Shown here piece after piece: positions 12,427 to 26,148 of a DNA stretch of 63,450 nucleotides. Made by a program: the position numbers and the translations under genes. The notes under the pieces are model-generated. The model did no database searches. It was given only the letters and a program-made list of their open reading frames with translations, and was not told the origin of the DNA. Origin of the DNA: Octopus bimaculoides (lineage: Eukaryota); NCBI RefSeq assembly GCF_001194135.2, contig NC_068984.1, positions 65,195,563 to 65,259,012 of the forward strand, in the 5' to 3' direction. The first letter of the stretch is position 1. Every line of letters starts with the position of its first letter.

Positions 12427-15400
12427 AAAATTGTGGAAGAGATCAACCCAATCCAATTGAATATTTTAAGAAAGAGGCAAAGAGAGAGATGTAGAAAGAA
12501 GTTTTATAATGTAAAACCAGATGGGTTCAATAATGATGGATTAAGTTTTAACTAAATAACGGAATAGATGTAGAATTTTTTTTTTTTTAAGGAGCAAAGA
12601 AAATTACATTTGTTTACTACTTTATCATTTATTTTTGATATATCTGCTGAAAGAAAAGAAAATTAGTAGAATCTAAGTAATGTGAAAAATTTCATGTATA
12701 AATGTTTTGGTTTTGTCTTTCCTACATTGTACAAGAAACTTGATTCTATTTTCCTTCAGGTAAATAATTTCAGGTTCACCTTTGCTTTATATTTTCTGTA
12801 GATTATATATCAAAGCAAAGGAATCAAGAGTAAGAATGTTTCTCTATTCATGATATGTGGAAGCAAAAATAAACAAAATAAAATATATATATTATTCTTA
12901 ATTAAATTACTCCATTAAAAATGTAAAGAAAAACAAACACCTTAGCAGATGTGGTTCTTCTTTAAAATACATTTTATTTTCTGTTGAAATTTATTTTTCT
13001 TATCTCTTGAATTATTTACCTCAAGGTTCTGATCATGTTTTTTACTGATAAGATTGAAACACATTCAAGTATATAAAGATCATTCAAAAGAGGCTATGAA
13101 ATAAGATAAAAGCATTCTACTTTGGAAATCAGGTTTATGTCTTACTGAACACATGACTGGAAATATCTAGCACAAGTGATATTTAATCTATCTTTGACTT
13201 TCTGTTGCTCTTTATTTCTTCCTCTCTTCCACTTTATCTCTCTTTCACTTACCTAAATTCCTTTAATTCTTTTTTTTTCTATTTAGCTTTGTGTGAGAAG
13301 ATAATTTTCGGTGCATCATGCTTCTTTGGACACTACTTTACAGTATGTATATGGCAAATGTTTCAAGGTTTTTAACAATTGCATAATTTAAAAAAAAATA
13401 AAGATGCTTTTGACCATTCTATAAATGCATTTTATGAGTAAAGATAAAACAGGCAATCAATTGAAATAACATTGATGGAGGTAGGACACTAATTACGATT
13501 AGATGGTTCAACTTTAAATATGGCAGAATATGCATTACATTTCTGTTAGCACATAGATATTTATTTTAAAGCACTATATTTTACCTTGATTACATCTAAG
13601 TTTCTATTCTTTATATATTCCCTTTTGAAAAGTGGCTATGTTAAGAAATTGTATGAGCTGCAAGTGACCAAAACATCAGAAATAAAATACAATAATGTCT
13701 AATACTAACCAAATGATTTATAAACTCCACAAAGTTCTATTTGTAGTTTCCATCAGCAAGTACAGCTTTAGTAAATCACTTATACATGTATGACATGAGC
13801 TATTGTTAATAAGATTATAATTTTTCAGACTATTATTTATGTCTTTAATGAAGAAACATATTTTAATATTTACATCTACATCAATTCAGTAGCATATCGT
13901 GGAGTATTTGAGGAATGCTGACTGCACAGGGCAGCCACTTTATGTACATGCATTTGCCATAGTCTGCAACATTTAAAGGAGTTGGCCAGTTTGGCTTTTG
14001 TACAAGACAGCAAAACCTATGCTATGCCACTGCATTTTATAAGTGTACCAGACTAGATTTGAACAAGTTACTTATATTTCTAAATCAGTTATAATGAAGC
14101 TCTTACAAAGTTTTGTACTAGATGCATATATAGTATTAAGATACCTGATGATGACTGGAATTCAAATCAATCAAAAATGCAAACATAGATATAAAAAAAT
14201 ATTTCATTTCTAAAGAGGAAGCTAAGAGTCAGTGAAATTATATTCATATTACAGATATGTTACACATATATTTCAATTAAAATGGTTGTTAATTATTCAC
14301 ATATGGAAATCTAAAAAATATTCAAAATATCATAACAGAAATACTGATTTATTTTCAAACTCTGTCTTAGATTGTAAAACGCAAGTAGTCAAGTGCTTAC
14401 AGCATCAATTAACTGGTTAAGGTATTGGTTAAGTAGCACTTACTGTGTCACTGGAGAGGAAATTTAATGCTATATTACTTCAGTTTATCAAGCTGAAGAA
14501 TTGATGCCAAGTCTCCTGGTGAAGGCACCAATAATCAACCTTTGACTCTTATCTGCTTAACAACACAAATACAAGTGTTAAGAACCAAATTTATAGACCA
14601 TTGGAGTTGGCAAAAAGATTAAGCTATATTAAATACCATTGATGACATCAATCTATACAAAATTATGATTTATCCATTCAACAGATATAAATGTACGCTG
14701 GAATTCCACTGAATATTTCCTCTAAGCTTATTATATTGCACTTGTGTCTACTGTCAAACTAAATAAAAAGTGCCAGTAATACTAGTATAGTTTATTAACT
14801 ATACAACACTTCTGCAAATTTTGCCCTTGTATCTAATCAACAAAATCTATTTCAAGATAGATTAAGTAAAAGTTAACCCTTAAACATATCCAGACATCAT
14901 TCTGTTGTCATAATTTCCTATCTTATAAAGGATATTTCCATGTATTTCTTGATTCAGGAATTTAATTCCAATATTTCAATTTGCCCAGAAGTAGAATAGC
15001 TATCAGATTTTTTGAAAAATCAGACAATATAGGAGATATTAATATTTTAGCTTAGGAGAAAATTGTCTCAGATTTAAGAAATACTACAGAAACCAGTACT
15101 AAACACCACTTCAAGCAACACTTGGTAAGGATCTGAGATTCTTTAGCAGAGTATTACACAATTATCTACTGATATGCAAGATATTTCATTTTAATGAAAG
15201 GAAAACAGAAAACATAGATACTAATGATGACTATCCTTTATTAGAATAGAAATTATCAGTATCAACATTAATTATATTAATAAAAATGATCTAACATACT
15301 TTTGCAGAGATAGTCTTCCTAAATATAGTGGATGAAAAAAAACCCAGTAAATTAATGTGTCTAATATAAAAAAAGACATGGAAAAAAAATCAATTTTCTA

Positions 15401-17139
15401 TAATGGCTTTCATAAACCTAATTAGTGACAGTAAATGAATATCTATTTATAATACTGTATTATCATTTTTTTAAAAGTATTTTATTTCTTTAAGTAATTT
15501 TATCCAAATGAAGGTGATGATATTTAACCATATAAGTTACACCTAATTTCAGCTTCCCTCAATATTTGATTAAAAGCATAAATCTGAACCAACCCTGTAC
15601 TAGTAATGTCTGATAAGTTGTTTTTTTAAGCAAGCATGCTAGTTTGTTCTTTTCTTTTTAGTTATTTTTGCCTACATAATTAAATAATCAATGAATAGAA
15701 AAACTACTGAAATTGTCTTTTTTATTTTCTTTAAAAAAAGAACCACAAAAAAATCAATCTTTTTAATGGGTGACTGAATTCTAGAGACTGACAATAGAAT
15801 AGTCCCATGTTACTGACTTTTTTTATTTTCCAAACAAACTGTCTTGGTTATTGATCTGTGAAATGAACCACGAGAAAATAGATAAGTAACAGAATTCAAA
15901 ACAAGTTTTTAAAATGAAACATAGTTTTGCCTTACTAAAAATCAATAAATAAAACAGAATAAATAAAAGATGATACATTTTTTGCTTGAACAACAAAATT
16001 AGATTGTCTATCATTAATAGGATCATTTGAGAATGAAGATATGCTGGTTGAAGTGCAATAAAATTAATGAATATTAACATTAATTTACGAACATTGTTGT
16101 CGTCTCATAGGGAAAATACAAGGTAAAAAATTAAATAAATTCAGAAATGATGCAATAACAACATCAGAAAACTAAAAATGAAAATATTATTTAGATATTA
16201 TTCTTCCCAGTCATTAGTAGTAACAAACAAGCGATATAGAAAACAGTGTTTTGTACAAAATATTATTAGTTGGTACAAAGAAGCGATATAGAAAACAATG
16301 CATTGTACAAAATACAATTTTGTATAACATTTGTTGAGATAACCACAATTTAATGACTCTCATAAGTTGTAAAACTATCTTAGTGTTTTCCATGTATCCC
16401 TATTAGTTGGTGGATTAGTATCAAGTTACAAAGGACAAAAAAAAAAAATTGAAGAGATATAGATCCATCACACTATTTGCAAAAACAGAGATAAAAAACT
16501 GAAGGAGGATATAGCTGAAGATTTCTGGATGTCAGTGAGAGCCAGCTAGAAATGTGTTGGACAAAAAGGACGACTATATATTTTGATAACATTGTAACAT
16601 GACTATTTTTAAATTCTAAAATGATTTGATTAATGGAAATTTTATGCATGAGTTTTCATTATGAGGTTCAAACTTATTAAGGTGGCTAATAGAATCTGTT
16701 ATGCAACAGTTCATTTCACTAGTTATTTTTAATTTCCACCCATTAATAGAATATTTTAAGTTTTAAATTTTGTCTTCTAATGAATTCACATGGTTAAAGG
16801 GCAAGTGAATCTTAAAAAATTATATGAGCACTAACTAGTTAACTAAGGCTCTTGAGTTCTATTTTTGCCCTTTTTTCACTTATGTGTGTTTTTTCTTGCC
16901 TTTCACCACTTTATAGTGTAAGATAGGTATAAAGTATATAAAAATAATCAATAGGTTATGAAATTTTAAACAATCTGTTGGGTTTTGCTTAAACTAACCA
17001 TGGTAACAGACATCTTATTTCAATAAGACTACATCTCTCCCTCAACACACACACACACGCACATAATACATGTATGTAAGACAAAAAAATATTATGAGTC
17101 TGTAATCTCTATTCAGAGGTAGGTTGTTTATACCCCTGC

Positions 17140-17270
17140 AGCAAAAAAAGTATAGAATAAGCTCCAGGCTTGAAAATAAGCACTGGAGTTGATTTGATCA
17201 ACAAATCCTTTCAAAGTAGTGTCCCAGTATGGTAATAATTCTGATTGAAACAAGTAAAAAAAAAAAAATA
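17140..17270 (+). mobile_element. SINE family A 3' fragment
   Basis: GCAAAAAAAGTATAGAATAAG...GGAGTTGATTTG...GATTGAAACAAGTAAAA matches family A tail. Confidence 0.6.
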
Positions 17271-19396
17271 AAGGAATAAAATAAGCGTTTTAAATTTTCA
17301 GTTTTTTCCTGAAACCTATTTTGGTAAATAGTAAATGAACATAATTGGCCCTCATAATTCTCTGGGTTAACAAGTGTGACAACAAACCAAGTAGAGAAGT
17401 TGGATACTATGATATCCAAAACATCTCTAAAAGGAAACATGGAAACATAAGAGTCTCTGAATCAGGAATTGATTATTTCATGAATTTGATTCACAAAAAA
17501 GCCTCACAGGTATATGGAAATGGTTACAAGATACCTCATATTTGAAACTAGAAGTTGAAATCAAGCTTTATAAATAAATTTTGTAAAAGGAAATTAATGG
17601 TCCATTTGGAAGTATATGTGGATTAAAAACAGAAACAAAATGATGTTCCATAACTATTCAACAGGGGCAAAGAAATTAAAGCTTAATAAAAAAGATTTAA
17701 AAGGTCTTGATAACAGATATGACCACATATTTACACATGTGGGCAGTTTTCTTTTGGCAACAATTTTAAAGAAATACAGTCGTCACATCCTCTTCTTCAT
17801 AGATCTATAGACTTTCATATCATTAAAATTGAGATGCTTATAAACAGATTAACTTCTGCCCCACTTTTTTGTCCTTAGCTCTTGCCCATATGATATATAT
17901 GAGTGTGTATGTGTATATATAATTACCCAGTTGTAGATTCCAAACAAATGAAACTCCGACAACAATACAAGTTCCCTCCTGGTTTCCCCTGGATATACAG
18001 AAATACACATGAAGTTCTAAATACTGGTTATTTGAAGACTTATTTAAATCTAAATTGCCCTATATCATTTCACACACACACCACAAACATACATACATAT
18101 ACACACACTTCCTCACAAATGCAAGCACACACTGAATTTCAATTATTACCATTCTGAAATAATACTTCACAACAATAGAAAAACAATTATCATTTCAGAG
18201 AGTTTAAAAGGAAATTAAAAACTGTCAAAGAAATTTTAATGGAAAAATCCATCTGAAACTCAAAACGGTATGCTTAATATTTCAAGAGAGGGAATTCAGA
18301 CTTGACACTGATGTCAAATTTTGACATGACAAATGTCAAAGTTAAAGATTCTCATATGATGAGAATTATGACATTAAATTGATTATTTTGTTAATACTTC
18401 ATTTTCTTTCTTTTAAAAAAATAAATACAAATTAATCTCATCATACATCTTGTAGTTTTATTTGGAATCCATAAAAGTTGTTTGACTATTTTTACTACTA
18501 TCATCATCACTAATGTCATATTTTCACTATTCTCATTAATAAACATTAAAAACAAAGGTTACTGTAAAAGTTGTGCAGGCTTTGTAAGAGCTTCATTGTT
18601 CTAAATTGCAAAGGGGCAAGTTTTGTTGTTATGACACAAAACATGAATTTCCTAAATTTTCTGCATCATTTTACCTTGTCATTGTTTTTTTCTTTTCCAA
18701 ACTGACACTAGTCTAGCTACAAATTTTCTTTTGTTTCTGCTTAACTTCAGTTATCAAAGCAGAATTCTTAGCAGCAATTACTGGCAGCTGATTTCTTGTG
18801 GTGATTACTCAAATACATGCAACAGTAAAAGAAAATTTATTCAAATCTCTCTGCTTATCCTTTAAATTTAAAGTGTTTATTGAGTTAATTTCCTTTACAT
18901 TGTTTTCCTGTATCAAGTGATTTAGTAACCTGTTAACAATACACCTGGAATTTTATCAAATTCTTCTGAGAAAGGATGGAAGCAAAAAACCTAGGTGTAT
19001 ATAATCACACTTTGCTATAGAAGATTAAATTATAGCTAATAGCTAAATCAAGTATTCTATACATATTTATTTTTCCTTTTATTTTTCTTATTTTTCTTTG
19101 AAAAGAATATTGAATACATAGTTCGATCAATTGCAATCATTTTCATAAAACCTCTATGATCAATAAATGGAAATGAGATCAAATGCAATTATTGGTATTC
19201 TTGTTATATACAGAACCATATCTGTTGACCTATATAAATACTGATATTAACGGAAATACATATAAGCTATTACTTCAAAGACTGTATATGACCGTATTCA
19301 CAAAGTTATATAATTATTAAGGGGGTATAAAAATATGCTTTTTTCTCTATGTATTCATGAATGCAAACACATGAAACAAACATACACACACATTAA

Positions 19397-19433
<37 letters not shown>

Positions 19434-20152
19434 CAGATAGACTTAATCAAAATTATATCGTTTTAAATATAAAGAAAAAATATTGATAAGTATTGCCACA
19501 CTCACTCACATATACATTTGACTAAGAAAGTCACCCACATGTTTGATAAGTTCAATGAGGAAATTTGAAAAAAATTTCATAGCCACTTTACGCTTGAAAC
19601 CATAAAACGTCAAAGACTTAGTTGTGTATCCAATATATTTAATGTCTTATATCCAAGAAATATTCTGTAATTATACAGAACTAGAATGAGGATGAAGAGC
19701 TGATGAAACCTAAAGATGTACTTTGGCTCAAGTGATATGAGATTGTGGACAACATTTCCTCAAATTATGATGTGGCTGATCAAATACCAAAGTGAAAATT
19801 TACTTTCAGTTAGTTTTATATTCAAGTTTGGCACCAGTCTGCTAACTATGTAAGATATTTGTAAAGTACAAAAACATAATAATGAACAGGTTATGAAATT
19901 CTGAACCAAGTGTTGGGTTGTTTAAACTAACCATGGTAACAGCCATCTTATTTCAATAAAACAATATCTCTTTTTCTCTTCCCTACCACACACACACACA
20001 CATAATGCATGTACATTCATTTATGCGAGATAAAGAGATTACGAGGGTGTAATTCCTGTTTATTTCATGTAAATTAACATATATGAAGGAACAGAAGGGC
20101 TGTTGTCAGCTAGTATGAAATAGTAAACATTAAACTAAATAATAATAAACAA

Positions 20153-20688
20153 GGCACTGAAATGGCTGTGTGGTAAGAAGCTCGCTTCCCAACCACATAG
20201 TTCTGGGTTCAGTCACACTGTGTGGCACCTTGTGAGTGGATTTGGTAGATAGAAACTGAAGGAAGCCAGTCATATATTTATATTTGTTCTTACACAGATA
20301 GACTCAACACTACATTAATATGTTCCTATATCACTTTTTTCCTATTTCAAATTTTGTTATGAAAATCCGATCAACTTTATCAGACACAGGCTCTCTGTAG
20401 TTTTATTGTAATATTCTTTTGTTAATACCTTTTTTGATGTTTTATTAGTTTTTCCACCGAAGAGAATGGTAATACCTAATTAAATTAATTAATTTATTAT
20501 TTTAATTATTATTATAATTAATTTAATTTTTCTCATGTTTCCTTACATGTCAGTATTATCATTTGAAACGATCGTATGGATTAAAAATTTATAGAAACTT
20601 TTAACATCTTCTCTTCTCCATTTTTTCTTTACTGGTAGTTGGGTTTATATAGGATTTTATCCTATAATACTCATAACACATTTTTAAT

Positions 20689-20760
<72 letters not shown>

Positions 20761-21010
20761 NNNNNNNNNNCATATATATATATACATATATATATACACA
20801 CATATGTATTTGTGTGTCTGTGTTTGTCCCCACACCATCACTTGACAACCGATGTTGGTGTGTTTATGTCCCCCGTAACTTAACAGTTCAGCAAAACAGA
20901 CTGATAGAATAAGTACTAGGCTTACAAAGAATAAGTCCTGGGGTTGATTTATTCAACTAAAGGTGGTGCTCCTGCATGGCCACAGTCAAATGACTGAAAC
21001 AAGTAAAAGA
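20153..21010 (+). mobile_element. SINE family A, interrupted (head 20153-20272, tail about 20815-21010)
   Basis: Head TGGCTGTGTGGTAAGAAGCTCGCTTCCCAACCAC; tail TTTGTCCCCAC...GACTGAAACAAGTAAAAG; separated by about 400 bp unrelated DNA, CA/TA repeat and a 10-N gap. Confidence 0.8.
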
Positions 21011-21717
21011 AATAGAACAATCATAATGATTCACTTAGCCAATGTATTACCACAGAAAAACAAAAAGATGTAAATCTTGAAATCTATACTAATAAATAGC
21101 ACTCATTACTTGCTTTCATTTCTTCTGGTAGACATAAAACTTTGTTCTTACAACCTCCATTTACACTTTCATGCACACAGACACACGTTTTTGTTCATAA
21201 ATTCCAATATTTAAAGTGAACAATAATTTTAGCAGATAATAAATGGGTTTTGTTTTGGTAATCAATCTTAGTTCATGTCCCTGGTAACCAGGTTCATAAT
21301 TATATCTTACTCATATGGCAATAAGTCAAAATTCACACAAGCTTTTATGAGACTGAATGAAGAATGCTATATAATTTTATATGTTAAGATAGATATTTGG
21401 TCTTATAATACTTTGTGTTTAGTTAACAAATAAACCAAATTATAACCAAAGTCAAAAGAATATTATTTTCATGGTCATTTTTATACTCTTCATTGTTTTG
21501 TAAACTTTAATATTGCAAATTCTATAACAAAATATAAAATTGTAGCAGTTATTTTGTCTGATAAAGTCATAACTGGAAAATGATTAGTAAGTGCAATTAC
21601 TATTTCCTCATACATGCCAGATTACTAAGTATATAAAATGTACAAATATATAATATACATAAAATAAAACATATACTCTCCCTCTCACTCTTTCTTTTGT
21701 GTGTGTGTATGTAAAAC

Positions 21718-21960
21718 ACATCATCATCATTTTGCATCCACTACATTCACTTTCCATGTCATTCATTAGATCTGCCACCACAGTTGCAGTCAGCACATAT
21801 TTGGAGATACTGATCAATGGGAGAGTAGAAGGAGGCATCTTGTCTGTGTTTCAGTTTTGGCTTGATTTCTACTGCTGAATGCATTTCCTAAGATGAAACA
21901 TTTTACAGAGTGTACAGGGTGCATTTTTCATGGCAACAGCACAGTAGGTGTGCCATGTTC
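21718..21960 (-). mobile_element. Family B old copy
   Basis: CATCATCATC...CACTTTCCATG and later TTTCTACTGCTGAATGCATTTCCTAA...ACAGAGTGTAC remnants. Confidence 0.5.
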
Positions 21961-22244
21961 TTGACAAAATTAAAAGGTCCTCTACTGGACACTTTACAGA
22001 ACACTTTCGAGGCACCAATGTTAGAGGGTTAGCAATTTCCTCAGCATGGCTAAAAGAATCTCTTAACTATCTGTAACTGTTCACTCAGCAACCACTTTAC
22101 AAAGTCAGAAGCATGAGTGATAGAGCTATAAAAGACGCATGGATGATAGCATTATTTGATAAGAGGGATATGTGAGAGAAGAGTGACAAGAATACATAGT
22201 ATTCTAAGACAGTAGCATTGCATTCAAGATATTGTGATCTAGAG

Positions 22245-22976
22245 CCGTGAATCCCAATGTGAGGCACATGCCCCACCGGTGGAGCATGGTAATAATTTGG
22301 TGGGGCATAGTAATATTTTGGTGGGGCATGGTAATATTTTGGTGAGACATGTGTAGGGTTATATTGAATTTTATACCTTTTGTACACAATGTTTAGTATA
22401 CCAATAGAGAAAGGGGGCAATTCAAGAATGAGTTATTAAAAAAAAAATTCTTTACATCCCTTCTGTGGACAATTTTATCAAATTTTGGACTCTTAAGAGG
22501 TTGTTTTCAACATATTCATAAGATATGATGTCACTAAAGAGGGAATAGATTATTTCCTTTGATTTAGTGGTAAGTGACAACATGAAGGTAATTACTAACA
22601 CGTATGTGTGTGTGTGCATGTGTGTGTGTGCACGTGCATGTGTTTGTGTGTGCATGCATGCATGCATGTATGTATGTAGTAAAGAACTGGTCAGTACAGA
22701 AAGCAATGCCATCTTAATTCCCTATGGAGAAATAAACTGGAGACACTTATGTGTGCGGGTGTGTCTAAGAGTATTGATTCTTTTAACTCTGGTGACAAAA
22801 AATCTAGGTACACAAGAAAAATGTGGAACTGCAGAGTATGGCAATAAATGGTGTTGGGGGTGAAAGAATTGAATGGTGTGAAATGGGTTGTAATGGAGTG
22901 GAAGTAAGGGGTAGCATCAGTGAAGGAAGAGAAATAGGCTGAAAGAGAGAGCAGATAAGGAGACAGACAGGCAGAC

Positions 22977-23043
<67 letters not shown>

Positions 23044-24675
23044 TACACAGAGAAAGATTTATGGTACTGGTAATGCACACACATACACGTATATATATGA
23101 ACAGAGATGAAAATTAAAATGTCATTTTATTCCCACCAGTCAGTTTCTGAATTCAGCAAAAAGTTAAGAAAAAACTTCTATCATTGATACAAAGGCTTTT
23201 GCAGCTGAGAAGATTCACAGAATATCTTTTGTTTCTTTTTGAGCATATTATCTGAAAGTTTATACTGAAATCTTTTTGAAGTAATTGTTGAAAACATTTG
23301 CTTGAACTGAAATCTCTTTGTGTTTGATTCAAAGGCATAACTACAAATTTCTGCCCCACACCCAGAATTTGTATGATCATAGCTTTCAGAAAAATGGATA
23401 TTTTATAATGAAATTGTCTACGAATGTGTTATATCATGTAGATTCTGAATATACAAAATTTTGTGGGAAAAGCATTTAAGGAGGGGTTGGGTTGGGAATA
23501 TCGGAAAATTCACCAGAGTCAACTTCAATTCATCTTAACTGTCAAGAAAATGGATATTTTTTAATGAAATTCTCTACAAATATACCTCGGACTATGTAGA
23601 TTCCGAGNNNNNNNNNNTTGGGGGGGGGGGGAGGAAACAACTGCGTGCTATTTTTGAGAACTGTTCCTCACTTGCAAGTGTTTCTGAACAAGTCATCCAT
23701 ATTTGTTTCATTTTCTTCATTTTGTGTGTTTGTGCATCCGTAGGTTTCTACAGAAGCAACAAACAGGTAATGAAGGCAAACGAAGCCCTCACCAGAAAAC
23801 TTGTTATGCTAAAAATAACAGCTAAAAGTCTGGTACACAGAAATATGTTATTAAGACAACTTATCTGTTGCATACAATATTTTTCACTTTAAGTAAATTC
23901 CCAGGTAAACGTTTCTAATAGAAAGGCAGAAGACACCAGAAGCAAAAATAGGTAATATACATGCACAGTTAAATATAGAAGTGTAAAGCATAATTTGTTA
24001 CATAATCTCTATAATAAACATGATACTGAATGGAATAATTCCCTGTTTGAACTTTTTTTAATTACATATATGTGTGTGTGTGTGTGCGTGCGTGCGTCTG
24101 TCTGTGTCTGTGTGTGTGATAGACAATTTCACTAAAAATATCAATTAGTTATACTGATTCAAAAATACATAAAATGAGTAGTGCAAGTAAAAGACATTCA
24201 TCAATATTCAGAGAAATATTTAAAATTTGGATTTACACCCACTATCCACAATAAACTGTCACCAAGTTATGGGCAAAAAACTTGAATCTTGTGAACATTC
24301 CAAGGTCCTCTCCTCACCCCTCAGAAAAGATTTTCCCACAAATTTCTTTATAATCATAATCTATGCCGGTTGAAAGGAATTTATATAAAATTTTATTAAA
24401 AAAAAACATTTTCCTAAAAATTATGAGGGAAAAACTTGGATCTTGTAAATTTTCTGAAGTCCTCCCCTGTTGCTTTCCGTGCATTTTTTTTTTATATTCG
24501 TTTCCTACACATTTTTTTAACATCTGTTGCACTATTTTTTAAAAAATTTTGTTTCCAAGTAATATTGTAAACATTAACCAAATATTGAATAACAAAAATA
24601 AAATATCACAAGGGGGCATTAGGATTTTAGAAATGATTTGATGGGGCATGACCAAAAATCGATTGGGAACTACTG
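22245..24675. mobile_element. hAT (Charlie-like) non-autonomous element with 8-bp TSD
   Basis: ATCTAGAG at 22237-22244 and 24676-24683; right end reads CAGTAGTTCCCAA inward, left end CCGTGAATCCCAA; both have subterminal CATGCCCC; no transposase recognised. Confidence 0.75.
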
Positions 24676-24964
24676 ATCTAGAGGATAGAGCAGTGACAAA
24701 GATTCAAAATGTGTGGTAGACAAGGAGTAAGAGAATGATCAAAGACAGAATGAAACACAAGAATAACTAGCAGTACAGGTGGGAAAGGTAAAGGTAGAGA
24801 GTGTGTATGTGTGTCTGCACACTCATGCATGTAAGGACTCGTATGCCTATATCCACATGGGCATGATGTATGAGCATGTGCGATATATATATATGTGTGT
24901 GTGTGTGCATGTGTGTGTGTGCAAATATATACATATATATATACACACACACACATAAATCATT

Positions 24965-25385
24965 CATCATCATCATCATCATCATCGTTTAACGTCCGCT
25001 TTCCATGCTAGCATGGGTTGGACGATTTGACTGAGGACTGGTGAAACCGGATGGCAACACCAGGCTCCAGTCTGATTTGGCAGAGTTTCTACAGCTGGAT
25101 GCCCTTCCTAACGCCAACCACTCAGAGAGTGTAGTGGGTGCTTTTACGTGTCACCCGCACGAAAACGGCCACGCTCGAAATGGTGTCTTTTATGTGCCAC
25201 CCGCACAAGCCAGTCCAGGGGCACTGGCAACGATCTCGCTCGAAAATCCTACAGGAGCCAGTCAGGCGGTACTGGCAACGGCCACGCTCAAAATGGTGCA
25301 TCTCATGTGCCACCCGCACAAGAACCAGTCCAGGGGCACTGGCAACGATCTTACTTGGCTTGCCGGGTCTTCTCACGCACGACAT
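24965..25385 (-). mobile_element. Family B retroposon, young copy
   Basis: (CAT)n then CGTTTAACGTCCGCTTTCCATGCTAGCATGGGTTGGACG; many CpGs retained; internal 113-bp-period duplication. Confidence 0.9.
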
Positions 25386-26148
25386 TATATATATATATAT
25401 ATATACAGACACACATATACATACATATATATGTATATATTGTAAAAGAAAATTATAGTCATCAACTAAACTTGATTAAGGATGTGAATAACACCTACGT
25501 TGCTAGAAATAGGAGCTAAATTCTTGTCAAGTTTAGTTGACGATTATAATTTTCCTTTACAGTATAATGGTATAATGTTGCAAACAGCTGTTTTTATTAA
25601 TTTATTATATATATGTATACACACACACACATGCATGCGAACATGCACACATGCACGTACATGCACACTCACACATGTTGACATTATAAGAATTTTCTAA
25701 ACTCACAAGAGGACATGAAATAAATTATTGTTTGGAACTCTCAAAGTACACACATAAAACGTGTTATTATCTTTATCTTTATGTGCGTGCTTGGAGAATT
25801 CCCCAAAAGAAATACATATGTGCTGATAGACAGACAAAGGTAGATATGTCATGGAGATATATACACACATACCATATGTATATACATATATACATGTATG
25901 CAGAAATATAAACCCTTTTACATGTATGTATGTACATACACATATTTTGATATTTTCTTATCTCCTTATCACTCACTTTCATGCCACCCTTATCTCTATC
26001 ACTCAGCCCTCTGTCATATGTGTTATCCATTGGTGGAAGAAAGAAAGAAAGAAAGAGAAAAAAAGATAGATAGATGTGTGTTTGTATATATATATATATA
26101 TATACACACACACGAGGTAGTGTTGGTGAAGCATCGTGAGGTATAACT

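Noticed and set aside
22097-22420. ORF with repeated YYHAPP
   Set aside because: Translation of the 21-bp subterminal repeat.
25041-25519. Three overlapping GC-rich ORFs of 106-134 aa
   Set aside because: Lie within a family B retroposon.
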